The translations under genes were made by a program, and so were the position numbers. DNA of 52,339 nt from an uncultured Bacteroidia bacterium. GTDB lineage: Bacteria > Bacteroidota > Bacteroidia > JACCXN01. This document shows, one piece after another, positions 29,488 to 38,767 of the stretch (positions are counted from its first letter, which is position 1; every line of letters starts with the position of its first letter). The stretch is taken from positions 1 through 52,339 of the forward strand of contig CALKJP010000068.1 of assembly GCA_937995645.1 (NCBI GenBank), given 5' to 3'. Under the pieces are notes generated by a model. That model did no database searches and was not told the origin of the DNA. It worked only from the letters and a program-made list of their open reading frames with translations.

Positions 29488-30992
29488 TTGATAAATGATT
29501 TTATTTCGTCAATATAATCACGATTGTTCGATAGGCGCGGAACTTTATGCTGTCCGCCTAATTTACCTTTATGTTTGAGCCAGTTTTTAAACGTATCTTT
29601 AGGTACGCTTATTATTTTAGGTTCTTTTAAGATATAGTTGTTATATCGTTTAGCTTCGTAATCGGAATTGATACGTTTAAGTTCATTATCTAAGATGATT
29701 TTAAATTCGTCTAAATTGTGTGGTGGATTTTCAAATTCAATTAACCATTCGTGTCCTCCACTTCCTTCATTCATATATATGGGTGCAGCGGTGTAATCAT
29801 TTATGCTTGCATTAGTTTGTTTGCATGCTTCTGCAAGTGCTTTATCGGCATTTTCTACCATTAATTCTTCTCCAAAAGCATTAATAAAATGCTTGGTGCG
29901 TCCTGTAATTCTTATTCTGAAAGGGTAGAGGTGGGTAAATTTTATGGTATCTCCTAAAATGTATCTCCATAAGCCTCCATTGGTAGAAATTACCAGTGCG
30001 TAAGAAGTGTTTAATTCTACTTCGTCTAATTGCAAGGTTTTAGGAAATTCTTTTCCTAATTCTGATAAAGGCATAAATTCATAAAAAATGCCATAATCCA
30101 GCATGAGCAATAAATCGCCACTATTGGGAATATCTTCAATTCCAAAGAAACCTTCCGATGCATTGTAGGTTTCTAAATATTGCATTTTATCGCTTGGTAT
30201 TAATTGCTTAAATTGTTCGCGATAAGGTGTAAAGCTAACACCTCCATGCATAAACAATTCAAGATTAGGCCATACTTCCAACAGATTTTTTTTGCCGGTT
30301 TTTTCCAAAATCTTTTTTGCCAAAACCAAAGTCCACGAAGGTACACCTGCTATGTTTGTTATATTTTCTTTTGATGTAATTTCTGCCATTTTTTCCAGTT
30401 TCTCATCCCAGTTTTCCATTAATGCAACTGATAATTCCGGTGAACGGAAAAACTGTGCCCAGGCAGGCATATTATGCATGATAATGGCAGATAAATCACC
30501 ATAACTTTGTTCTTCGTTAAACTCATTAATTCGTTGGCTGCCTCCCATCATGAGTGATTTACCGCTAAATATTTTCGAGTCGGGAAAGTTGTTATAATGG
30601 ATAGAAAGCATATCCGTTCCGCCTTTGTAATGGCATTCTTCCAGCGATTCGGAGCTTATAGGAATGAATTTGCTTTTGTCATTTGTAGTACCTGATGATT
30701 TTGCAAACCATTTTATTTCTGATGGCCACAATAAATTTTGTTCGCCTTTTTTTAAGCGCTCTACATAATGTTTCAGGTTTTCATAATCCTGAACTGGTAC
30801 GCGCTCTTTAAACTGCTCAATGGTTTCAATACTTTGGTAATTGTATTGTTTTCCCCATTCGGTATCTTTTGCAGAGGTGATTAGTTTTTCAAACCATTCG
30901 TTTTGCACTTCAATTGGGTGTTTGCGAAATAATTCAATTTGATGGATGCGTTTTTTTATGAACCAGGATACTATGGAATTGATGATAATCAT
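29484..30992 (-). CDS. GH3 family (acyl-acid amido synthetase-like, adenylate-forming) protein
   Basis: 502 aa. FAKSSGTTNDKSKFIP (the SSGTT P-loop of GH3 enzymes) and YNASEGFFG. Confidence 0.8.
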   Translation of the reverse strand: MIIINSIVSWFIKKRIHQIELFRKHPIEVQNEWFEKLITSAKDTEWGKQYNYQSIETIEQFKERVPVQDYENLKHYVERLKKGEQNLLWPSEIKWFAKSSGTTNDKSKFIPISSESLEECHYKGGTDMLSIHYNNFPDSKIFSGKSLMMGGSQRINEFNEEQSYGDLSAIIMHNMPAWAQFFRSPELSVALMENWDEKLEKMAEITSKENITNIAGVPSWTLVLAKKILEKTGKKNLLEVWPNLELFMHGGVSFTPYREQFKQLIPSDKMQYLETYNASEGFFGIEDIPNSGDLLLMLDYGIFYEFMPLSELGKEFPKTLQLDEVELNTSYALVISTNGGLWRYILGDTIKFTHLYPFRIRITGRTKHFINAFGEELMVENADKALAEACKQTNASINDYTAAPIYMNEGSGGHEWLIEFENPPHNLDEFKIILDNELKRINSDYEAKRYNNYILKEPKIISVPKDTFKNWLKHKGKLGGQHKVPRLSNNRDYIDEIKSFIN

Positions 30993-30999
30993 GAAAAAA

Positions 31000-32589
31000 T
31001 TACTTCTTAAATTTTTGGCTTATTTCTGCTAAAGATAATGCATTAAATGTAAATTTTTTAGTCAGCCCTGCTTTTCGGGAAGAACAAACACCATAATATA
31101 AATCGTGATAGCCGGCTTTTTCGTGTGCATCAGGATTAATGCTAATCATTACGCCTTTTTCCATGGCATAATAAATGTGTTTCCAATCTATATCCAGTCG
31201 GTATGGGTGAGCATTTAGTTCAATAACTACATTGTTTGCTGCGCAGGCATCAATTATTTTTTTATGATTTATCGGATAGCCTTCGCGATATAAAAGCAAT
31301 CGCCCTGTCATGTGCCCAAGTATGGTGGTGTATGGATTTTCAATAGCTTTTATTAAACGATGCATGGCTTTTTCTTCGTTCATTTTTAAGTTGGAATGAA
31401 CCGATGCAATTACAAAATCAAAACTTTTTAATATATCTTCTTCGTAATCCAACTCGCCATTTGAAAGAATGTCTGATTCAATGCCTTTGAAAATTTTAAA
31501 CTGAGCTAATTCTTTATTTAATCGCTCAATTTCCTGATGTTGTTCACAAATTCTTTCAGGGTTTAATCCGTTTGCATAATAAGCGCTTTGCGAGTGGTCG
31601 CTAATTCCTAAATATTCATATCCCAATTCTTTGCAATATTCTGCCATTTCGCGAAGCGTGTTTTTACCATCGCTGTAATTAGTATGTACATGTATTATTC
31701 CTTTTAAATCTTCCGGTTTTACAATCTCAGAATTTTGATTTTTTTCTGCCCATTTTAATTCATCTTTCCCTTCTCGCATTTCAGGAATGATAAATGGGAT
31801 GTTTAGTTTCTGATAAATTTCTTTTTCATCTGCAACTTGCTGTGAAGTATATTTTATTAAGTTCAAATGTTCTTTTGCAGCGCTTGTTTCAAATAGTTGG
31901 GTAGCAAATGTTTCTTTGCTGCTTTTAATAATTTTAACAGGAATAGTATGCGGATTATTAAAATTAGTTAATTCAACTTCTTTATCTGAAATATATAAAA
32001 GTTCAATTTGAGAAACAATGTTGCAACATCGTCTTACATCTCCTGTTATCTCTGCTTGAGAGGCTCCGTTTTTAAGCAGATAATCTTTTGCAGCTAATGC
32101 AATTTTTTCAGCGGTGGCAAAATGAAATTTTCCGCTGTTATGTAATTTAAACTCTATGCTTTTCTTTACTTGTTCTTGTGTTTTAGCGCCAAAACCTTTT
32201 AATTCAACTAAACGGTTTTCGTAGCAAGCATATAATAGTTCTCCCACGCTTTCTATACCCAGTTCATGCCATATAGTAGCTACTTTTTTAGGTCCAATAC
32301 CTTTTATCTGCATCATTTCAATAACTCCTTGTGGTGTTTTTTTTAGGAGTTCTTCCAACTCTTTAAAACTATTGTGATGTGTTAAAGCGAAAATTTTAGT
32401 AGCTATACTTTTCCCGATTCCTTCAATTTGTTCCAGTTCTTTTTCAGAAAGGGGGGCTAATTCGGTTTCAAGTTTTTCTATTTTATAAACGGCATTGTGG
32501 TACGATTTTAAGCGAAAACTGTTTTCGCCATGCAGCTCAAGCAGGTTGGCATAAAGACTGAGAAGTTCAGCTATTTCTTCGTTATTCAT
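31000..32589 (-). CDS. PolX-family protein with an intact PHP domain and a degenerate polymerase palm
   Basis: N-terminal 8-kDa/HhH part (ELHGENSFRLKSYHNAVYKI, IEGIGKSIATKI, IKGIGPKKVA). PHP motifs are HVHTNYSDG, ISDHS and NPDAH. The palm motif reads GDVRRCCNIVSQIELLY instead of GSxRR....DxDxL. Confidence 0.8.
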   Translation of the reverse strand: MNNEEIAELLSLYANLLELHGENSFRLKSYHNAVYKIEKLETELAPLSEKELEQIEGIGKSIATKIFALTHHNSFKELEELLKKTPQGVIEMMQIKGIGPKKVATIWHELGIESVGELLYACYENRLVELKGFGAKTQEQVKKSIEFKLHNSGKFHFATAEKIALAAKDYLLKNGASQAEITGDVRRCCNIVSQIELLYISDKEVELTNFNNPHTIPVKIIKSSKETFATQLFETSAAKEHLNLIKYTSQQVADEKEIYQKLNIPFIIPEMREGKDELKWAEKNQNSEIVKPEDLKGIIHVHTNYSDGKNTLREMAEYCKELGYEYLGISDHSQSAYYANGLNPERICEQHQEIERLNKELAQFKIFKGIESDILSNGELDYEEDILKSFDFVIASVHSNLKMNEEKAMHRLIKAIENPYTTILGHMTGRLLLYREGYPINHKKIIDACAANNVVIELNAHPYRLDIDWKHIYYAMEKGVMISINPDAHEKAGYHDLYYGVCSSRKAGLTKKFTFNALSLAEISQKFKK

Positions 32590-32621
32590 GAGTAAGTAAT
32601 TGTTGCAACTAATGTAAAAAT

Positions 32622-32655
32622 AAAAAGGGAGATAAATTAATTTATCTCCCTTTTT
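32622..32655 (-). terminator. rho-independent terminator after sppA
   Basis: AAAAAGGGAGATAAA-TTAA-TTTATCTCCCTTTTT, a perfect 10-bp stem with U-runs on both strands. Confidence 0.6.
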
Positions 32656-32671
32656 AAGTATGTAAAAAAAA

Positions 32672-34441
32672 TTAATGAATTTCTACTTCATAAGGCATAC
32701 GCGCCTGTATTCCGGAATATTTTTTTAAGCGGTCTAATGTTATGTAATATTTTGCATTTTCGCCCAAAAAATGTTTTATTATGGCTTCTTCTACTGAACT
32801 TGTTCCTTTGCTAAATAGTTCTTCTAATGGGTCTTTTTGTTTAGGTAAAGCAAGTAATTTGTAGTTTTCTAAACCGGCTTTTTGTGCTGCAATTTCTATG
32901 GCAGTTTCTAATCCTCCCAATACATCTACCAAGCCAATTCTTTTAGCATCAACACCACTCCAAACTCTTCCCTGTCCTATTTGATCAACTTGTTCTTTAG
33001 TAAGTTTTCTACCCTCAGCTACACGGGTAATAAAAACATCGTACACATGCTCTACGCTTTTCTGAATAATATCTTTTTCACTTGCTGATAATGGTCGGTA
33101 AATGCTTCCAATATCTGCGTGCAGATTGGTTTTTACGGTGTCAAAAGTAATTCCTAATTTGTTATTCATAAATCCTTGTGCGTTAAACAATACGCCAAAT
33201 ACGCCAATTGAGCCGGTAATGGTGTTGGGTTCTGCAACTATAGTATCGGCAGCACATGAAATATAATATCCGCCTGATGCAGCTACATTGCCCATAGAAA
33301 CAATAAACGGCTTTGCTTGTTTGGCTAATACAACTTCACGCCATATTACTTCCGATGCCAATGCACTACCTCCCGGTGAATTTACGCGCAAAACAATAGC
33401 CTTTACTTTATCATCTAAACGTGCTTCACGAATGGCTTTTGAAATTCTTTCAGAACCAATTTTTTCATCATCGCCTTCACCGCCATCAATTTCACCTACG
33501 GCATATATTACGGCAATTTTATCTTTTGTAAAATCTTTTTTCTTGCTTTCTTTCGCATTGGTATAATCAGCAATGCTTACAGAATTAATTTTATCAACAG
33601 CTTTAGCTTCTGTTTTCTCTTTTAAAATTTCAAGAATTTCATCCTTATAAGCCAATTGGTCTGCAAACTTGTATTTAACCGCATCTTCAGCTTTTTGTAA
33701 AAGCAATTCATCCGCTATTTTATTTAATTCTTCGGCAGAAATATTACGAGATTTTGAAATCCCATCTACCATGTGATTCCATATTGAACCTATGTAAGTC
33801 ATGGTTTGTTCGCGGTTTTCATCGCTCATTTTATCTAAAATAAACGGCTCGATAGCACTTTTAAATTTACCGTGACGAATAATTTGAGGCTCGACTTCTA
33901 ATTTTGCCAGCGCATTTTTAAAAAACATCAATTCTGCGCTTAATCCTTTAAAATCAATAGTTCCCTGCGGATTTAAATAAATTTTATCGGCAACCGAGGC
34001 TAAATAATAAGCTCCTTGTGTATAATATTCACTGTAAGCAAGTATAAATTTTCCGGTATTTTTAAATTCCAGTAATTTGTTGCGAATTTCTTCCACCATA
34101 GCAATTCCGGCAGGTACGGAAGTAATTTCTATATAAATACCTTTTATGTTTTTATCGTTTTTTGCTTTTTCAATATTGTTTAAAATATCGTTTAATCCAA
34201 TAGCCTGCTCTTTAGAAAACATCGCCCCCAAATTTTGAAATGGATTTTTGGAACCTCTGTCGGTTATTGGGCCTTCGAATTTTACTACAAGAATAGAATT
34301 TTCTTTTACCACCACTTCTTTATCAGAGCCTGAAATGGCTACAATGGCGCCAATTATTCCAATAATTAAAAAAATAAAAATTACTGAGGCAATTAAGGTG
34401 CCCAGAAACGATGCAAATACAGTTTTAAAAAATTGTTTCAT
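32672..34441 (-). CDS. sppA: signal peptide peptidase SppA, 67K type
   Basis: 589 aa with an N-terminal TM helix and two ClpP/crotonase-like repeats. The second has MGNVAASGGYYISCAAD. Confidence 0.9.
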   Translation of the reverse strand: MKQFFKTVFASFLGTLIASVIFIFLIIGIIGAIVAISGSDKEVVVKENSILVVKFEGPITDRGSKNPFQNLGAMFSKEQAIGLNDILNNIEKAKNDKNIKGIYIEITSVPAGIAMVEEIRNKLLEFKNTGKFILAYSEYYTQGAYYLASVADKIYLNPQGTIDFKGLSAELMFFKNALAKLEVEPQIIRHGKFKSAIEPFILDKMSDENREQTMTYIGSIWNHMVDGISKSRNISAEELNKIADELLLQKAEDAVKYKFADQLAYKDEILEILKEKTEAKAVDKINSVSIADYTNAKESKKKDFTKDKIAVIYAVGEIDGGEGDDEKIGSERISKAIREARLDDKVKAIVLRVNSPGGSALASEVIWREVVLAKQAKPFIVSMGNVAASGGYYISCAADTIVAEPNTITGSIGVFGVLFNAQGFMNNKLGITFDTVKTNLHADIGSIYRPLSASEKDIIQKSVEHVYDVFITRVAEGRKLTKEQVDQIGQGRVWSGVDAKRIGLVDVLGGLETAIEIAAQKAGLENYKLLALPKQKDPLEELFSKGTSSVEEAIIKHFLGENAKYYITLDRLKKYSGIQARMPYEVEIH

Positions 34442-34532
34442 TGCAAAAAAATTTTAAGTTTACTTTGCAAATATATATTACACATATCTTCTTATTTAAT
34501 TGTTTTACATGAGTGGCACTTTACTGGGATTA

Positions 34533-35027
34533 ATGGAAACAAAAAATAAAATTGAAACACTTTTACTACTTGGGGCAAACATGGGAGATGTGAAAAAAAC
34601 GTTCACTCATGCTATGAATGAATTAAATAAAATTGGACAGATATTTAAAGTCTCATCTTTGTATTGTAGCCCATCCTGGGGTTTTAAAGCGAGCGATTTT
34701 TTAAATCAGGCATTAATTATTGAAACAGAAAAAACTCCAAATGAACTTTTAAATAATATTTTAAATATTGAAAGAGATTTAGGAAGGGTTAGGAAAGGGA
34801 ATGGGTATCAATCACGAATTATTGATATAGATATAATTTTAATAAAAAATATCATTATTAATACAAATGAACTTGTTGTTCCACACCCAAAAATGCAAGA
34901 ACGAAAATTTGTTTTGGTGCCTTGCGCAGAAATTGCACCAGATTGGCAGCACCCTGTTTTAAATTGCTGTATTTTGGATTTATCAATAAAATGTGCAGAT
35001 TCATCAGTTATCACAAAAGTGCTATGA
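34533..35027 (+). CDS. folK: 2-amino-4-hydroxy-6-hydroxymethyldihydropteridine diphosphokinase
   Basis: LLLGANMGD..., RIIDIDIIL and VPHPKMQERKFVLVPCAEI are HPPK motifs. The start at METKNK is chosen, and upstream in-frame starts are possible. The stop overlaps the next ATG (ATGA). Confidence 0.85.
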   Translation: METKNKIETLLLLGANMGDVKKTFTHAMNELNKIGQIFKVSSLYCSPSWGFKASDFLNQALIIETEKTPNELLNNILNIERDLGRVRKGNGYQSRIIDIDIILIKNIIINTNELVVPHPKMQERKFVLVPCAEIAPDWQHPVLNCCILDLSIKCADSSVITKVL

Positions 35028-35641
35028 ATAAAAAATTTATTTGTATAGAAGGAAATATTGGGTCTGGAAAGACCACTCTTTCAAATATGCTGGTGGAACA
35101 TTTTAAAGCGAAATTACTATTAGAAAATTTTGAAGAAAATCCCTATTTAAAAGATTTTTATAAAGATACAAAAAAGTATGCCTTACATGTAGAATTAAGT
35201 TTTTTGGCGGATAGATATCAGCAACAGTTAGCGCATATAAATGAAGATAATGTGATAGTTTCTGATTATCTATTTGATAAAAGTTTGATTTTTGCAGGAA
35301 TTAATCTTCAACCGGCCGAGTTGAAAATTTTTACAGCAGCATTTACAGTAGCCAAGGAATACATAAGGAATCCGGATATTATTATTTTTTTAGATGCTGC
35401 AGAAGATTTGCTTAAGCATAACATTAAAAAAAGAGGAAGAAATTTTGAAGAAAACATACCTACAGCCTATTTACAAAAGGTAACGAATGCTTATCATACA
35501 TATTTTAAAAATAATACTCATCTTTACCCAATAATTTGGGTTAATGTAAATAAATATAATGTAGTAGGTAATGAAAAGCATTTTAATCGTTTGGTAAATA
35601 TGATAAAATCGAAAACCGATAATCTTATACATTACATTTAG
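35024..35641 (+). CDS. deoxynucleoside kinase
   Basis: MNKKFICIEGNIGSGKTTLSNML (P-loop), ENFEENPYLKDFY and a dNK-like core. The N-terminal extension in the ORF track overlaps folK and is rejected. Confidence 0.85.
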   Translation: MNKKFICIEGNIGSGKTTLSNMLVEHFKAKLLLENFEENPYLKDFYKDTKKYALHVELSFLADRYQQQLAHINEDNVIVSDYLFDKSLIFAGINLQPAELKIFTAAFTVAKEYIRNPDIIIFLDAAEDLLKHNIKKRGRNFEENIPTAYLQKVTNAYHTYFKNNTHLYPIIWVNVNKYNVVGNEKHFNRLVNMIKSKTDNLIHYI

Positions 35642-35757
35642 CCAAAATAGCTTAAAAAAGTAATTAAAAATTATATTTATTACACTTTAACTTTTTATAT
35701 ATCAAAAAGTATAACTAATATTGCGCTGTTTTTAATAAAAATCGAAAACTAAAAATT

Positions 35758-37479
35758 ATGATGAAAACTGTTAAAGTTCAACCAATTGCCATGCTCTTTA
35801 TAGCTGGTATTGTAATTACAGGTTGTAATGGTTTGGGTAAAATGGTTAAAAATGCCAACCAAATTAAATATGATGTAACACCAAATCCATTAGAATTACA
35901 TGGCGATAGTGTTGCCGTGAATATTAATGTAAAATATCCTGCAAAATTATTTGCCAAAAAAGCAGCAGTAGAAGCTACTCCCGTATTAAAAGGAACTGGC
36001 GATGAAAAAGCTTTTAAATCAGTTAAGTTTAAAGGAGAAAAATCATCAGCAGAAGGAACGGTTATAAGCTATGCTAATGGAGGGTCATATGCATATTCTG
36101 ATAAAATTCCTTATTCAGCAGATTTAAAAGTATCTGACCTAAAGATTAAAGCCGTTGCTTCTGTAAAATCTAAGTCTAAAGAATTTGCAGAAATTAAAAT
36201 CGGAGAAGGCGTAATAACTACTCCTTTATTAGTAGCAAATGATGATAAACCCACATTAGGGGCAGATAAATTTACAAAAACAGTACCTAGAAATTACACC
36301 GCAGATATTCATTTCTTAATTCAAAGTGCTGAAGTTCGCAGTTCTGAATTAAGCCAGGCAGACATTAAAGGGTTAAAAGACTATTTTAAAACCGGAAAAG
36401 AAAAGAATTACATCTATAAAGGTGTTACTATTCATGCTTATGCATCACCTGATGGTGAAGAATCTTTAAATGCAGGGTTGTCTGAAAATCGAGCAAAAAA
36501 CTCAGCAAGAGTAATAGCCGACCAATTTAAAGCAGCTAAAATTGAAGCTGCTAAAAATGCAGATTTTATTAAAACTGCTAATACCCCTGAAGACTGGGAA
36601 GGCTTTAAAAAGTTAATGAAAGAATCTGATATTAAGGACAAAGAGTTAATTATCCGTGTATTGGAGATGTACAGCGACCCTGTTCAAAGAGAGAAAGAAA
36701 TTAAAAACTTATCTGCTACCTATAAAGAAGTAGCTGATAAAATTCTTCCTCAGTTAAGAAGAGCAATAATTACTATTAATGCAGAAGAGCCTAGCCGAAC
36801 CGATGAACAGATTACTGCATTAGTGAGTTCTAAGCCTGAAGATTTATCTGTAGAAGAAATTCTTTATGCAGCAACATTAACTAATGATTTAGAACAAAAG
36901 TTAAGCATTTACAAAACTGCTCAAAGAATTTATGCTCAAGATTGGAGAGGATTTAACAATGCCGCTTATGTATTAATACTTCAAAATAAATTAAACGATG
37001 CTCAAGCTCAGTTAGATAAAGCAAATTCAATTTCTGCTAATAACCCTATTGTGTTAAATAATTTGGGAGTTGTTGCTCACTTAAAAGGTGATAGAAAAAA
37101 GGCAGAGGAATATTATACCAATTCCTCTGATGCCAACGCAAAATATAACTTAGGTATTATTCAAATTAAAAAAGGTAATTATGCTGCAGCAGTATCAAGC
37201 TTAAATGCTGAAAAATCATATAACCTTGCTTTAGCACAGCTATTAAACGGTAATGCAGATGCAGCCTTATCTACCTTAGATGCTTCTAAAGATAAAGATA
37301 CAGCTCGTGGATATTATTTAAAAGCAATTATTGGTGCACGCAAAGGAGATGTAAACTTAATGGTTAATAACCTTAAAAATTGTATAGCAAAAGATGCTTC
37401 ATATAAAGCAAAAGCTAAAGAAGACATGGAGTTTGCAAAATATAAGTCAAATTCAGAATTTGCCGGAGTAGTAAATTAA
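35758..37479 (+). CDS. lipoprotein with an OmpA-like motif and C-terminal TPR repeats
   Basis: 573 aa. Lipobox ...GIVITGC. IHAYASPDGEESLNAGLSENRAKNSARVIADQF resembles the OmpA C-terminal-like signature. The C-terminal third has TPR-like repeats (NNLGVVAHLKGDRKKAEEYY...). Confidence 0.6.
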   Translation: MMKTVKVQPIAMLFIAGIVITGCNGLGKMVKNANQIKYDVTPNPLELHGDSVAVNINVKYPAKLFAKKAAVEATPVLKGTGDEKAFKSVKFKGEKSSAEGTVISYANGGSYAYSDKIPYSADLKVSDLKIKAVASVKSKSKEFAEIKIGEGVITTPLLVANDDKPTLGADKFTKTVPRNYTADIHFLIQSAEVRSSELSQADIKGLKDYFKTGKEKNYIYKGVTIHAYASPDGEESLNAGLSENRAKNSARVIADQFKAAKIEAAKNADFIKTANTPEDWEGFKKLMKESDIKDKELIIRVLEMYSDPVQREKEIKNLSATYKEVADKILPQLRRAIITINAEEPSRTDEQITALVSSKPEDLSVEEILYAATLTNDLEQKLSIYKTAQRIYAQDWRGFNNAAYVLILQNKLNDAQAQLDKANSISANNPIVLNNLGVVAHLKGDRKKAEEYYTNSSDANAKYNLGIIQIKKGNYAAAVSSLNAEKSYNLALAQLLNGNADAALSTLDASKDKDTARGYYLKAIIGARKGDVNLMVNNLKNCIAKDASYKAKAKEDMEFAKYKSNSEFAGVVN

Positions 37480-37492
37480 AATTCATCATAAT

Positions 37493-37520
37493 AAAAAAGG
37501 CGGGAATCCCCGCCTTTTTT
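37493..37520 (+). terminator. rho-independent terminator
   Basis: AAAAAAGGCGGG-AATC-CCCGCCTTTTTT. Confidence 0.75.
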
Positions 37521-37619
37521 ATTAGTAAGATTTATTAGAAAAAAAATACAAAATATTTTGTATGGTTAACTTATAATTATAATTTCGCACTAATTAAAAA
37601 CCAATTAAAAAATATCAAA

Positions 37620-37844
37620 ATGAAAAAAGTATTATCTATTGTAGCTGCAGTTGTTATAGCTGCTTCTTTTGCTTCTTGCAAAAAGTGTACAACTTGTAAG
37701 TATGATTACACTGCATTTGGAGTAAGCTATACTTACACTTATCCAGAACAATGCGGTAAAAAGAAAGACATTAACAATTTTAAAACTGCATGTAAAAATG
37801 CTGCAGCTTCTTATGGTGCAACTTGTACTTGTACTGACAAATAG
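37620..37844 (+). CDS. small Cys-rich lipoprotein, paralogue 1
   Basis: 74 aa. Lipobox FASC, followed by KKCTTC...CGKKKD...C...C.C. Confidence 0.65.
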   Translation: MKKVLSIVAAVVIAASFASCKKCTTCKYDYTAFGVSYTYTYPEQCGKKKDINNFKTACKNAAASYGATCTCTDK

Positions 37845-37865
37845 TAGAATTTTTTAAAAATGTTG

Positions 37866-37900
37866 GCCCGACTTAATAATTTTAGGTCGGGCTTTTTTTT
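37866..37900 (+). terminator. rho-independent terminator
   Basis: GCCCGAC...GTCGGGC followed by TTTTTTTT. Confidence 0.7.
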
Positions 37901-37915
37901 ATTGGATAAATAAAA

Positions 37916-37923
37916 TATATTTG
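37916..37923 (+). promoter_or_regulatory. Bacteroidota-type -7 promoter box (TAnnTTTG)
   Basis: TATATTTG lies 31 nt upstream of ATG 37954. Confidence 0.45.
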
Positions 37924-37953
37924 TTTATCGTTTAACCAATTAAAAAAAGTAGT

Positions 37954-38178
37954 ATGAAAAAAATTTTCTTGTCATTATTTGTAGTTGCATCATTAGCAAC
38001 TTTTACATCTTGTAAAAAATGTGTTACATGTACTGTAAGCGGTACATTGTTTGGTGTACCAGTTAGTCAGACTGGAGAAGAAAAATGCGGTAAGAAAAAA
38101 GATATTGATGCTGATATTAAAAAGTGTGAATCAGATGCAGCATCAGTTGGATTAAAATGCGAATGTAAAAGAAGTTAA
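37954..38178 (+). CDS. small Cys-rich lipoprotein, paralogue 2
   Basis: 74 aa. FTSCKKCVTC...CGKKKDIDADIKKCESDAASVGLKCEC. Confidence 0.65.
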   Translation: MKKIFLSLFVVASLATFTSCKKCVTCTVSGTLFGVPVSQTGEEKCGKKKDIDADIKKCESDAASVGLKCECKRS

Positions 38179-38189
38179 AAACTAAACTC

Positions 38190-38414
38190 ATGAAAAAGCT
38201 ATTTATAGTTACTTTTGCTTTTATAGCTACTTTGTCATTTACTTCGTGTAAAAAATGTACAACTTGTGGATTTGATTATTCTTTTCAAGGAGTAAATTTT
38301 ACTGATATGAAAGAAGAAGTATGCGGCAAGAAAAAAGAACTCGATAATTATAAAGCTGAGTGCGATGCAACAGCATCTCTGTATGGAGTTAAATGTATCT
38401 GTACAGACAAATAA
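38190..38414 (+). CDS. small Cys-rich lipoprotein, paralogue 3
   Basis: 74 aa, 11 nt after paralogue 2. FTSCKKCTTC...CGKKKELDNYKAECDATASLYGVKCIC. Confidence 0.65.
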   Translation: MKKLFIVTFAFIATLSFTSCKKCTTCGFDYSFQGVNFTDMKEEVCGKKKELDNYKAECDATASLYGVKCICTDK

Positions 38415-38436
38415 TAATTTTCAGTTCATTATTTTT

Positions 38437-38470
38437 AAGCCTTATCTGAATTTAAAGATAAGGCTTTTTT
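38437..38470 (+). terminator. rho-independent terminator
   Basis: AAGCCTTATCT-GAATTTAA-AGATAAGGCTT followed by TTTT. Confidence 0.7.
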
Positions 38471-38487
38471 ATTTGTTTTAAATAAAA

Positions 38488-38495
38488 TACATTTG
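38488..38495 (+). promoter_or_regulatory. Bacteroidota-type -7 promoter box (TAnnTTTG)
   Basis: TACATTTG lies 27 nt upstream of ATG 38523. The surrounding AAATAAAATA(T/C)ATTTG context is shared with the box at 37916. Confidence 0.45.
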
Positions 38496-38522
38496 CTTAA
38501 TTTAATTTTTAAAACAATTAAT

Positions 38523-38744
38523 ATGAAAAAATTAATTTTTACTGTACTTGCAATTTCAGCCATCAGCTTCACTTCTTGCAGAAAATGCACTACCTGCTAT
38601 TATAAGTATAAAACAGGAGGAAGCTGGGAGGTTTATATTTATCCTGAAGAATGCGGCAAGAAAAAAGAAATAGAACAATTTAAAAATGAGTGTAAGGCAA
38701 AATCTGCTTCATTAAATACAACATGTACATGCTCCGACCGGTAA
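38523..38744 (+). CDS. small Cys-rich lipoprotein, paralogue 4
   Basis: 73 aa from MKKLIF. FTSCRKCTTC...CGKKKEIEQFKNECKAKSASLNTTCTC. The ORF-track TTG start at 38493 lies inside the promoter box. Confidence 0.65.
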   Translation: MKKLIFTVLAISAISFTSCRKCTTCYYKYKTGGSWEVYIYPEECGKKKEIEQFKNECKAKSASLNTTCTCSDR

Positions 38745-38767
38745 ATATTATATGAATAAGCTAATGT

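Noticed and set aside
34922-35023. The N-terminal extension of the deoxynucleoside kinase ORF overlapping folK
   Set aside because: The P-loop protein starts naturally at MNKKFICIEGNIGSGKT (ATG 35024), which overlaps the folK stop as ATGA. The upstream part merely reads through folK in another frame.
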